Assembly: GCA_040357565.1 (NCBI GenBank)
Contig: JBDODJ010000048.1
Strand: one strand, 5' to 3'
Length of the DNA: 64,000 nt
Source of the DNA: Cercozoa sp. M6MM
Lineage: Eukaryota; Protista; Endomyxa: Ascetosporea
In this document: positions 1 to 11,368 of the stretch, one piece after another
Position numbering within the stretch: the stretch's first letter is position 1
How the letters are laid out: each line of letters starts with the position of its first letter
Notes under the pieces: model-generated
What the model was told of the DNA's origin: nothing
Databases searched by the model: none
The model's input: only the letters and a program-made list of their open reading frames with translations
Translations under genes and position numbers: made by a program

Positions 1-33
1 TGTGTGTGTGTGTGTGTGTGTGTGTGCAGACAC

Positions 34-446
34 ATGTCTCGCTCGCAGTTGCAGCTGCGAGCACTGTACGTTCGTGTGATGGAACGTACAACAGAGAAAT
101 TTGTTTATCTTGTACGTCATGATACACGGCCGCACCCCTTCCCCGTCCCATGGTTCGCCTTGTGTAGCTGCGGTCAAGAGGATACTCCGATGACGAATGC
201 CACACCGTGGCAGCTCTCATGGCACAGAAGTGGAAGACACACATGGAGCACTGTGGCGCAGTTCTGTCGGAATCTGAGGCCCAACAACTCAACAGCAAAC
301 TGCCTCCTCTTCCGTACCCCTATAATACTGATTGGATAGGATGTTACGCAACCCCTTGCTTGGGCAGAATTTCTGGTCGCAAGAGGTCGCGCAGACGATA
401 CCTTTGCGCCATCGCGAACCTTCCTTCAGAGTTTTATTTTTTCGTG

Positions 447-477
<31 letters not shown>

Positions 478-3317
478 GTGTCACACGTTAATATCGACAG
501 CAAAGAGGATTCTGAAGGGAGTGACGATACCGGTGACTATGGTCTCATGATGCATACCAAACGCCGCTCCACGGTATTCATCTTTGCGAGACTGATTTTG
601 TGGATTGTACCGCATCTTTATAGTCGACAAATCCACTTCATGACGAAACTTATGGTAGCGAATTGGGGAGTGGCACACAAGGCAGCATCAAGTGCGTTCA
701 TTTGCCTTGTGGTTTTTGTTGTGCTTTCTATGGTGCACCTTTGGGCAGGGACACTGAGTCGGTGCTGTCGCAGAAGTTAGAGCGGCATTCAACAATGTCT
801 TCACTCGATGTAATTTTGCTTTCGGCTGTTTTCTGGCAGCTGTTATATGTTTTTCGTCAGCACAAGGCACTTGTCCGACGGCCTGTATTTATGAGCGATG
901 ACTCGCCTGCAGTGCCTGATTTTTCTGGTGCGATTCCCTTCTTCTCCTTTTGGTACAAATCAACGAGTGTGTTGGTGCAGCTGTGTCCGAGGGCCAATCA
1001 GCGAGTGTGAGTCTACGCAACTCACCTCGGAAGCAGCGGCGAGACCTGCAACTCAGTTCCTCTCTGGCTTCTTCGCGAAGCAGCATGGTGTGCTCTTTGT
1101 GTTTGCCTTCTATCTCGTTGTGAGTACGCGTGTGTTTCGCTAAAGGAACCAATGCCCCAAAAACCAAAGCCCGCACGTGACACTGACGCAAGCACTGACG
1201 TACCGGCGACGGGTACACTCTTCTCGTGCACCGCGCGGGTCTGTATTATAGTCGTGTTACAGCGATGGACTTGTTTGGGAGCGACGATGATGACGATAGC
1301 AGTGTTGACGAAGAGGAGATTCGTGGTGATCCCAATTGTGTTTTTACATTCGTTGAACGAATGTTGGTGCAGAACGAGGAATCGGTTCCAAGTTGCGTTT
1401 TCGTCCCAACTGGCGCGACGGTTTGCCTCGTCCTGAGCAGGTTGTCGATTTTGACGCTTGCACCTTTGCTTCATTTTTCTTTATCCTGTCCGCGCATGTG
1501 CAGGACAGAGGTGCAATATTTGCTGCGAAAACAACCAATTTTCTGCACTGCCTTGGCACGGTAATCTTCGCATTTGTTTGTGATAAATCCCGACATAACG
1601 CATGCTGTTTTTGTCTTCACAGGTGCACAAGACGACGGCGTGGAGGAAGAAGCGAACGTTCATTTTGAAAATAAACGGTGGCATCCTGTCTGTTGGTAGA
1701 CTTCCCTTTTGGTGAATGCGGCGAGTGCTTTTTCGCGTTATGCAAGAAGCGATCGTAGGAGGCCGGGAGCATGCGTTCGCACCCCCATCGAAAGTGTTCA
1801 CACACGGCATCAAGCTTCGCCTGCCTGGCGACTTTCAGCACACCGAGTGGGTTTACGTTGCGAACTTGCGAATATGTCTGTGTGCTTACCCTAGACTGTA
1901 GAAACGAACAACCGTTGGACGATGTGCCCATTCTGCCACTCGGCGATCCTGCTGCAGCTGCCAGTAGCATCTTTCGCATGCTTGCATTTATATGAAAACC
2001 AAAACAAAATTTGTGGTTGTAGAGCTCCCTGCGACACTGCGACTGCGGAATGTGATTGCCCATGCCAAAATAGCCAACGGAAAGGTTCTCCTTCGAGAGG
2101 TATGTACTGTCATCACGACCTTAATTAATTCGGAAAAATCTTTACAGGGTGCTTTGAGACTTCCTGGCGGCGACTACGATCCAAAAATCGTGCAGCTTTT
2201 TTCTATCGCTCAGGCCTTGTGTTGTGATTTTTTGTGTGTAGGCGGCTCCTTTGCTGTTGAGATTTCGCAATCCCAGAGTCACTGTCGGCGTTCAGAACAG
2301 TGCGGAAATTTTTGCGAGCGGTGCGAGTTCGCTTGCTGCCGTGCATCTCGGTCTGCGTAAAGCTGTACAGCCACTTGCTCGTACGTGATGACCGTTTCGT
2401 ACTGTTGCGTCGATGTGTGCACAGGCATACTGGCTAGAGTGCGCGAATTTGTTGCGTCCAACTGCTTCCTCGGAGGACAGCGGAGAGCCTGTGCAACTTA
2501 CTTGGGACAACGCTCGCATTTCGAACATCATGGTTTGTTTGATGCGTGTAATATCGTGTGTCTGTATGTCTGTGTACCTGTGTAAACAATACCGTTTCAC
2601 ATGTTGTCTATAGGCAACCTTTACGATGCCAAAGCGTATTAACGTGGAAAAGCTTAGTCGAGAAGTACACGATGCGGACGTAATCCCCTCCAAGTCACCT
2701 TGTAAAAGATAAAATCACCATATGTTTCTCTGTGCGCAGTACAATGTCGATTTTAAACACTGGGCGGAGTTTAAGAGCGAGACGCCACTCAAATGCAACG
2801 CCCAAATCTATCCTTCGGTATCGTTTTAATTATTTGAGGTGTTGTGCATCCTGTCGCTACGCCTGTCCCATTTCTGCAGGGCAAAATCGTTCTCAAAGGC
2901 AGCAACTCCATCTCGCATGTGCGTCGATGCGCTGAGTTCATGCAAAAGCTACTGGCAGGGTACTAAGTATCCCTTGACCGATCTGAGTCCATTTTTGTCT
3001 TACTGTGTACCTAGGTATACGATCGATGACGCTCGTATCCGGCGACTCGAGAGGGCACACGAACGCGAGCGACTTCGCCATCAGCTGCGAGTACTCTTGT
3101 TTGTCGTTGTGGTTAAGGTCATCGTTGAGCACACTTTTATTGACTCAGTTGGTCGCAGATCGACCTGCCGAGGTATGTGTTGTTCTCATCTGTGTCACAC
3201 ACAATGTTCACCTGAGGGTAATAGTTTGGTGTCGAGTTGGACTCCGACAACGACGATGATGACGACAGTGAGGGTGACGAGTTTTTAGACAACGAGGTAC
3301 CTCCTCCTCACATTTGA
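34..3317 (+). CDS. Multi-exon (~24 introns) gene: TFIIA large subunit (alpha/beta, TOA1/GTF2A1-like) apparently fused in frame to a divergent TATA-binding-protein-like core
   Basis: Spliced N-terminus MSRSQLQLRALYVRVMERTTEKFVYLLRSRGYSDDECHTVAALMAQKWKTHMEHCGAV matches the TFIIA-alpha helices. After an S/D/E-rich linker, TTNFLHCLGTVHK...FILKINGGILSVGGREHAF matches TFIIA-beta. Two TBP repeats follow (LRNVIAHAK...YDPKIAAPLLLRFRNPRVTVGVQNSAEIFASGASS; ARISNIMATFTMPKRINVEKL...NAQIYPSGKIVLKGS), then an acidic tail. The traced GT-AG introns are phase-consistent. Stop is at 3317, or 3419 if one more intron is used. The fusion junction is inferred. Confidence 0.72.
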
Positions 3318-3780
3318 CAACCGTATCGGCTTGCGTCGATATCCATTGTTATATATTTGATGAGTCAGCTGTCCCAAATGTCAATCGCGCTGCCGCCGGA
3401 CCGCTTTTTCCTTGCGTGAGGTTTCGACGTTTCCGAGGCAACCAGCGTCGTCGGTGTGCGATGTAGGCATCCCTACATCTACACTATACGTTGCGTGCAA
3501 CTGAACGAAGAAAAAAGAACGTCGCGTAGGTACGCGTCTTGACATGGACAGCTGCCGGCAGGTTCGATCGGATTATCGAAACACATGCCGGTCGATGTCC
3601 GATCAATCACGAGCGGGCTTTTTCTGGCTCGCGTGTATGACAAAAATGTTACGTCGGCTACACGCGACGGCGGTGTTTTCAGTTCACTTCAGTACCGGAC
3701 GTTGAGTTTTCCTCTAGTTTTGCGCCTCGTTTAGTTTTGCGCATGGCACTCGCCGACAATATATCTCGGATGCTCAGGAA

Positions 3781-4040
3781 TCATCTATTGGCCTCAAAGC
3801 CGTACTTTTGCAGGCACTTGGCATAGGAATCCCACACAGCGTCGCATTCCGAAGAGTCCTGGAAAATTTACACAACGTGTCGTGTCGGGTGAAACCAAAA
3901 TGCGACGATACCTTGCCATTGAGCAAGAAGCACTCGTCACGTACGCGTCGCTCATCCTTGCAAACACAGCACGGGCCCTTGACTTTCTTCGTCGTTGCTG
4001 TTTCTTGCTGCTGTTGCTGCTGCATCTTCCCGCACGACAT
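3781..4040 (-). CDS. COX17: Cytochrome c oxidase copper chaperone COX17 (2 exons, intron 3859-3911)
   Basis: KGPCCVCKDERRVRDECFLLNGK|DSSECDAVWDSYAKCLQKYGFEANR* contains the CC copper motif plus twin CX9C. Start is 4040 or 4025. Confidence 0.9.
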
Positions 4041-4308
4041 GTTTTCGCTTCTCTTCTGCACACAAAATCAGAAAAAGTCACCGCGGCGCAAACAAGATCG
4101 ATTCCAACATACACGTACTTGCCCGCTCAACACTTAATTTGGAACGTAGCGCGTACACACACAGCTAGAAATGTGCAGATGGCACAGGCACAACTGGGCA
4201 GCAGTTGTCGACGAAAACAAAGCAATTGTAGCCACCTCGACTTGATCAAAACACTTTCGACACAACTGTGCCCTGTAGTTTGATGTGCAGCCCTCAAGTT
4301 TAACAAAT

Positions 4309-5980
4309 ATGTCACAAGGGCCGAGTTTTGATGAGCTCTGGCGTGTTGTCAGCAAGCCAGCGTACTTTACCGCTTCTTGTTTGGCACCCCCGCCCCCCCC
4401 CCCCAATTGTACATTACGAAGTCTGTCTATGTGTTATGTTGTATAGTTCTGACCATGGTGAAGTTGTGCTGGGCGAGGCCAACAACGTGCATGTGTACAA
4501 TCGTGATCAAAAGCGACTGATCAACGGCCACCTGGTTGTAACTTCGCATCGCATGCGCTGGCAGGGCAGCGGTATAGATCCTGGTATCTATCAGCGGATG
4601 AAAGGTTTCACTTCGTTTTGTTGTGGTCAGGGGAAGCTCGAGAACTTGCACTCTCCCATATTACGGGTAAGTGAACACAGACCGTTTTTGCTTTTCGAAT
4701 ATCTCGGGGGATGCGCAGAAATTGAAAAACGCGGGTTTTTCTTGCGCGCGACAAAGCTGTACCTGTCTCTTGGTACCACCGAAGTACCTCAACGAACTTT
4801 TACTCATGGTTTGCTGTGATTCTGGTCTGGTCTGGTCTTTGTCCAGGCGGCGACACTCATGGTTGGCTGAGCTTTCACGACAGTTCATGGAAAACGCTGT
4901 TGCCTCGCATCGTAATTTCTGCTGTCATCGGGACTCAAATTTGTTAAAACCTTTTTTGTGAAGGAAAATGCTCTGCGTCAGAAGGCTTGGCTTCGAGAAA
5001 AAGCTATACGTACTGTTCAACAAAACTCGGTGGTAAACTTAGCCATGTCAGTTACGTACACAGGAGAAGAAGCCCGTGCTCCTACTCTCGGAGCGCGTAG
5101 CGCTGGTACTTTGTCAGTGACTATTTCTGGTCGCTTTTCTACGGCTTTTCAATCTCCAGGAATCGGTGGCCTCGAACGAAACTTGCGGTTGCAGCAAGCG
5201 CAAGTACAGAATTTCTCTTCGCTTCCTTGCAGGCACTATCTTCTGTTGGGCAGGCTGATGCTTCTCTGGAAGACGCATTCGCTGATCTCTCAACGCTGAT
5301 GGATAAGGTGTGTTTTTCGTCCTCAGTCGGCATGCACATGTCTGTGAACGTGTACCCTCAAGGCAGGCTGGCGAGCTCGTGTCTTTGTCGAACAAGTTCA
5401 CTCAGGTAGCTAGATGTACATTGTATCTTTGGACTCGCCAATATCTGAAGCGTAGAGGCAAGAGCAAAGGAAAAAACGCATGAATGCAACCGAGAGCATA
5501 GATGAAAGTGAAGATGTATTCTCCCTATTTAAAGAGAAGCAGGTTGTAGAACACGTTGTTGTCATGTGTTTCTCCTTTTTTAAAGGATAAAGTGGTGGCT
5601 GATATCGTCGCCAATCTAGGCATTCTGTCACCTGTCACAAAACGCAGCGGTACATTAACGGCGAGTGTTTTTGCGCGTGTTTCATTCAAGCTCTTTCGTT
5701 GGAAGGTGCGGGTGCGTATCACGTCGCACTGGCACATGAGCTGAGCAAATTCTTGCAGCAGGTTAATTTCATCCAAAGCGCGCGCACGCGTGTGTGTGCG
5801 TCACTTTCCCTATCTTGCGTAGGCTTTGCCGCGTTTCGGCGGCATCTTGCAGGTACTTCGTTTAGCGTTGCCCCCCATATTCGGAAAATAGTTATATCGC
5901 AGATTCCAGAAGCGTTTTGCCTTTTCAATCGTGCCCGAGGGTCTGAGTTGGTTTCACCACAGGTACCCATCGCGCGCATT

Positions 5981-6013
<33 letters not shown>

Positions 6014-6511
6014 TAAATGTGCTTTGGCAATGCTTTCTGGTCTGCTCAGGATATGATGCACGCAGTCGAAGCGTTTCCTCAGATCCGCTCACCAATCACA
6101 ATGCACCAGTTCGAGTCCGGTGTTTCCGTATTGCAATCAGCGGAATTCTCTGCACAGGTGATCCGAGCTATATTCCTATCGTGCAGTTGTGGAGACGTGA
6201 GTAACTCTTATGTGTCTTTGGGTCTACCTGTGCAGTCGATGCTGCAACGCATTTTGGAGCTGCTCGAAGAGGAACAACAAAATCTGCCTCGGCACAAGTG
6301 GGCACGTTTGTCCTCATCTTTGCTGGCGCAGAAGCTGCACATTTCGGCTGCGCTCGCGCTCGAACATTTGCTGCAGGTATCTTGCAACGCAATAACGCTG
6401 GTTGGGCTGTGAACCAACGTTTGTTTTATCGAGCAGGCAGAAAGGATTGGAGAACTCTGCCGCGATGAAACACCTCACGACATTTTCTTCTATAAAATGC
6501 GATTTTTGTGA
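4309..6511 (+). CDS. VPS36: ESCRT-II subunit VPS36/EAP45
   Basis: N-terminal GLUE-like exon (NGHLVVTSHRMRW), then GIGGLERNL, ADASLEDAFADLSTLMDK, NLGILSPVTK, YHVALAHELSKFL, FCLFNRARGSELVSP, HQFESGVSVLQS, and C-terminal AERIGELCRDETPHDIFFY. Confidence 0.9.
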
Positions 6512-6660
6512 AGGGAACTGTGCAGTCTCGTTTCTCTGAGATTTTTCGGTCTTTAAAACGCGAAGCAAACAAATTACGTGCGGTACTGCGACCGCAATTG
6601 ACAATCCTACGCTATCTGAACTGAAAACAAACTCCCATGACGTGCCGCTTTACGCACATT

Positions 6661-7340
6661 AGATCATCTGGGTACTACGACTACGACGTAAGTTACTACT
6701 TTTTTGCGGAGCTCTATGGCAAGTGATCACATAGTTGTTACGGCATAGCGTTTCTCAACCAGTCAAATTGTCATCTGACTACTCGTCAGCGCGGACGATC
6801 AAATTTGAACCAGTATGGTATAGTGAAGGATTTGTTTTGCTAGGTATCGGCATTACATCCTGAGGCTTCTACCTTGCATTGTCAAGTGTTGTGCAGACCT
6901 GACTTCCTGGCTTGGGTCAAGCTTTCTAAGTTACAGCTCACGCACTTTGACTGCAGGTATCTTCTCCAGCTTCCTTCTGCGGAGCTCTTGTCCCTTCGCA
7001 CTTGATACGTACTGCCGTGATAGTGCTTGGGCTGTTCTTTTAATTGCCATCAACAAGCCTTCGAGCTTTCGACGACCTTTTCTACAAGGGTATGTCTTCT
7101 AATCCTCCGCATCGACGCCATTCTATCTGACGTTTTACTTCCTTTATTTAGTCGTCTTCAATACCTTAGTTACTGGTTTCCATACCGTAACATAGTAAAA
7201 TTTAAACAAAGTTGTTAAAAGACCAGTTAAATCTTCTCAGATCCGCACGAACGATACTAAACTTGATTGTACTAAATGCTGGTGTGACTTAGAGATGCGC
7301 AAAAAGGTAGTAACTTACGTCACAGTACCCAGAATATCTG
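6661..7340. repeat. Pair of imperfect ~45-70 bp inverted repeats enclosing ~600 bp (MITE-like, or two opposed copies of a small element)
   Basis: 6661-6708 AGATCATCTGGGTACTACGACTACGACGTAAGTTACTACTTTTTTGCG vs reverse complement of ~7297-7338 AGATATTCTGGGTACTGTGACGTAAGTTACTACCTTTTTGCG. Confidence 0.6.
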
Positions 7341-7769
7341 CCTATCAGCGCAGTACCGACCCCGTACGGTATTTAAGATTTCCTTTTAGTATGAATCGGC
7401 CGCTGTCGAGAAGGGGTTTTTGACACGATTTTTTCTCGGTGACGGACGATTCCGTCTACGACTCCTTTTGAGACAAAACCCAGTTGGGGTAATTCTTCAC
7501 TTCGCTTCTTCAAACTGAATCATTTGATTTCTTCGCTTCGTCCAATTGACGACTTACTTCATTTATTTGGTTCTTTTCAGACAAACGTCAGTAACACGAT
7601 CGCAAACAAAACGAAACTTTCGCGAAATTCATGGAATAAACAATTTCGAATATGGTATGTCAACGCAACTCGACTGAATGTCGTTGTCTTTTCTGACGTA
7701 TCCTACTGTAATAGAAAGCCGAACGAAGTTGCAGCGGTCGGGTGTGAGTGTAGTTCATTAAACTCAAAG

Positions 7770-8578
7770 TCAATCCGCACGCACAGTGTCCTCGACCGAG
7801 TACTGCACGTAACATAGTAACATGCAAAGGTAACCACTTTGAATGCCAAATAACAGCAGTTGTACACTGACATGATCGTCACCGCGCGAGATCACAGCGC
7901 CTGTTTCGGCGTCAACGCACGCGAAGTTGAACGCATGCTTAACCTTTGGACACAGAGAGGCTAGAAACACAGCGGGCGGGTGAGTGACTGGGGTTACCTG
8001 GCAGTTGCAGCCAGGCGCAAAGCAAGTACGGCACATCGTTTCAATCGACACGCCGGCATCATCGCTGACCAAGAGGTCGACTTGGTTTACGCACTGAATA
8101 CGAAAACGTGTCACAATGAATCCTCGCTTGTGTGTTGATTGGTATGACAGTGCTTTCTACCTTCTTCTTGCGGTGGTGAGCTAGCTGACGACCTGAAGCC
8201 GCGCGCACAGTGAAGTCAAACTTAGTGTGGTCCGTTTTGCCGTACCTTCACACAGAAAGTGGTCGAACTAACATAACAAAAGGATAAGAAACCAACGTAC
8301 ATACTCTCAACTGCGGCGAGCTGACCGTCAGGACATTGCTTTCCTGCAGGCAGGAACGGCAGCAGTATCTATACAACAACAACAACATGGTTATACACGT
8401 ACCAACAACAAACTTCGACTTGTTTCCCCAGAGATAAATCTTCGAGCAGCCCGGGCACGAGCAGGCCTCGCTCAGCGACGCACCGAGCAGCAGAACCCCA
8501 CTACCAGTACAATTGTGCTTTAAAAACAACACAATACCGTCCAAGTACTCAGACTCACACGAGGGACAGGAGTTTCAT
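7770..8578 (-). CDS. Hypothetical small secreted cysteine-rich protein (multi-exon; 3' end uncertain)
   Basis: Spliced start MKLLSLVGVLLLGASLSEACSCPGCSKIYLWGNKSKFVV is signal-peptide-like. Later exons read MCRTCFAPGCNCQ and VKHAFNFACVDAETGAVISRG. GT-AG boundaries. Confidence 0.5.
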
Positions 8579-8884
8579 TTGCAGCTATAAGCCTTAAGCA
8601 GTACTGCAGGCCCGTACAGTACTGTACTGTAGGTGCAGTCTCAGGAAGCTGCCTGTGCACGGCTCAGGGTTCCCAGTTCACCGCCCACTTAACCAAGCGG
8701 TCCAAACACTGACTGCTGAATCATCTGTTCGTGTGAGCAGTCGACGGTGGCATTTGTGTGCTCCTGGGTCATAAAGCACGCTGGGCTGTGTCTTATCCGC
8801 TGCAGGTGCGAGCAAAAACTGGGTTTGACCGAAAACATAATTTCGCAATTATTTTGGATCGCAGTCACTGACAAAACCCGTCTA

Positions 8885-10837
8885 ATGTCTGCCGAAAAGC
8901 TAGAATCAGACGCGATCAAGCGACTCAATTCGTGGTCTCCGTTTGGTCTTGGCAAGTCCGCCAAGATCGAGGATGGTGATTTAGAACTTTTGTGGTTCCA
9001 TTTCCAAATTATATTGTTCGAGCGTTTGTAGCCGCGGAACTGTTCAAACAAAGCGCCGTGCAGTACAAACTCGCGTAATATCTTTCTGCTGGCAGGGTCA
9101 GGCTTACCTTAACATACCTACAACTATGATGCGCAGACGGCAGTTTGCGAAATGCGCGGAGATGCACGCCCGTGCTGGTACGATGCAAGCCTTGTGCGTG
9201 TGGCTTGGTTCTTGAATACACGTGCTCTGTCTCAGCCGACTGTCGCGCGCAGATCGATGATCACTTTGATGCCGCTAAGCACTGTATGTCCTCTCAATCC
9301 TAGACCTGATGACTCTTGATCACAGTGCTTGATGTGCAGGGGAAGAGGGAGGAAAATTTGCTGCCAAGGACGGCGACTACGCTGCAGTATCTTCTTCTGT
9401 GCACCCGTGTGTTTCTTTTGTGTATCGCGTTTGGTTAACATTGCTTAGGCTGAAAGAATGTTCAGTAAGGCTATTGAAACACACAAGCTGCGAAACCGAT
9501 TGCAGGTAATTCCGTCCCTTTTTCTCGCGGTTTTGTGCATTATTTCTGTCGTTCTGTAGTCTGCTGCCAAGTTAGAAATGGCGCTTGGTATGTTGTGACA
9601 GGAGGCGTGTGTCGTGGTTGTTAGTTCATCGTCTGATGTATGTATGGGGTACAGGTGAATTGCTTCGCGACAACGACCACCCGGAAGCTGTACGTCGCAC
9701 TTCACCTGTCATCGTAGCTGCGTTCTCACGTTTTTGTCCCTAGGCCATCGCGGCGTTCCAACGATGTGCGGACCTTGCCGAAATGGTAGCCTGCTTGTTC
9801 ACTCCGTTGAAAGATGTGCACTCTTGTTTGTTTTTTTTTTGCAGGAGGACAAAACCGTGCAACAGCACAAGGCGATGCTGGTAATACATGTGCTTGTTTT
9901 TGGTCGCTTCTTGTAATCTGCTCTCGGTGTTTCCTTGAACAGGCCATTGCACATTTGTCGGCCCAAGTGGGCGATTATTCAACTGCTGTGCAGCAGTTCG
10001 ATGCCGTACATTCTCTGTATCTTGGCGGCTGTTCTGGTATTTTGTCTATCGATTTTAGGTGGCACGCGCCTCTCTGGACAACCGTCTGGCTGCGCACTCG
10101 TGCACCGAATACTTTTTCAAGGCACTTTTACTTTTGCTCGCACGTGTATGTTTACACGCATCTCAGGTTTTCATGCGTATCGTAGGCAATGTGCTGCCGT
10201 CTGTGCCAGGACGAAACATGTTCTGACATTGACTCCCTCACTGAGAGGTACGTGTATTTAGCGGCCTATCGACAAAAGATGGCAAGTATCGCAGCTTGGA
10301 GAGGTATGCGGACATGTATCCGCCATTCGAGAACACGCGCGAGCACCGTCTGTTGTCGCAGTTGCTGAGTGTCTACGTCAAGCAGGATCTCGATGCCTGG
10401 TATCTGCCCGCTCTTAAACCGCCGTAGCTTGTGTAAGGCGTGCTTGTAGGGCAACGGCCTGCTACGAGTTCGAGCAGATTGTGCCACTCCGCGGTATCTA
10501 TGACATGTGTATGTATGTGTTTCATGTACATTTGCGTCCACGGCCTGTTTTCGTAGATTTCGAGGGTGTACTGCTTCTGAAAGCAAAGAAGCAACTCGGC
10601 TCGATAGACCCGATCGCTGCCATGGTATGTTGTTGCTCTTCATTCTATGAAGTTGTGCTATGAGTGCATATGTAGGAGGCGCAAGCCAACGAAGACGTCA
10701 TCGATGCCGCCGCCCATGCTGGCGTATGTTTGTCTCACTGCACCTTGCGAGGCGGCTATCACATGAAATGTGCTTGCCCGCAGGTTGAGCTCGAGGAGGG
10801 TATCGGCGATGAGTTCCCTGAGGTCGATCTGCGTTAG
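8885..10837 (+). CDS. NAPA: Alpha-soluble NSF attachment protein (alpha-SNAP/Sec17)
   Basis: MSAEKLESDAIKRLNSWSPFGLGKSAKIEDAAELFKQSAVQYKLA..., EYFFK|AMCCRLCQD, YADMYPPFENTREHRLLSQL, and C-terminal EVDLR*, resembling the SNAP DL(R) end. One GC-AG intron (10122-10185). Confidence 0.88.
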
Positions 10838-11368
10838 TCGCAATTCAGTTACCCTTGCGCGTTCGCGCGATGGCGATAAGCCGATAACTGAAGTACAGCG
10901 CGTCGAGTCGGACGACCAGACTTGAGCTCCGAAGTCCAAACTAGCTCGCCTGAGTTGAGCGTACTGTGACTCATTATCGTACGGTACCGTTCGGAAGGTA
11001 AAAATCTAAGTTCGGCACTTAAGTCTGGGCGAGCCAGGAGCTGCTTTGAGCACATACGATACTCTCCAGGCATAGAACATTACTGGAATAACCTGAACAA
11101 ATTTGCGAGACGTTGCTGAGCTTGCTCTTGTGCGCTACATACTCAAGTTTCGCGGTGTTCTAAAATAATTTGGACCGCACAGACTTTCGTTGGCAACTTC
11201 ACCTCAGGCTGGCCCGAGCTCAGCTGTTAACCGAACTGCGGACAGCGAAGGCGGATCGAAATCATCCGATTCGGAATACAAATCGGACTTTTACCAGAGT
11301 CCGGAGTTGTGCAGCCAGTTGCACTTAGTACTTTCGAGAGCGCTGGGTGTTTGAACTGGATTCCCACG

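Noticed and set aside
6876-7121. Minus-strand frame with an internal TGA next to Cys (KAC*W), a possible selenoprotein
   Set aside because: No recognisable selenoprotein family or SECIS element; it lies inside the inverted-repeat element and looks like decayed or non-coding sequence.
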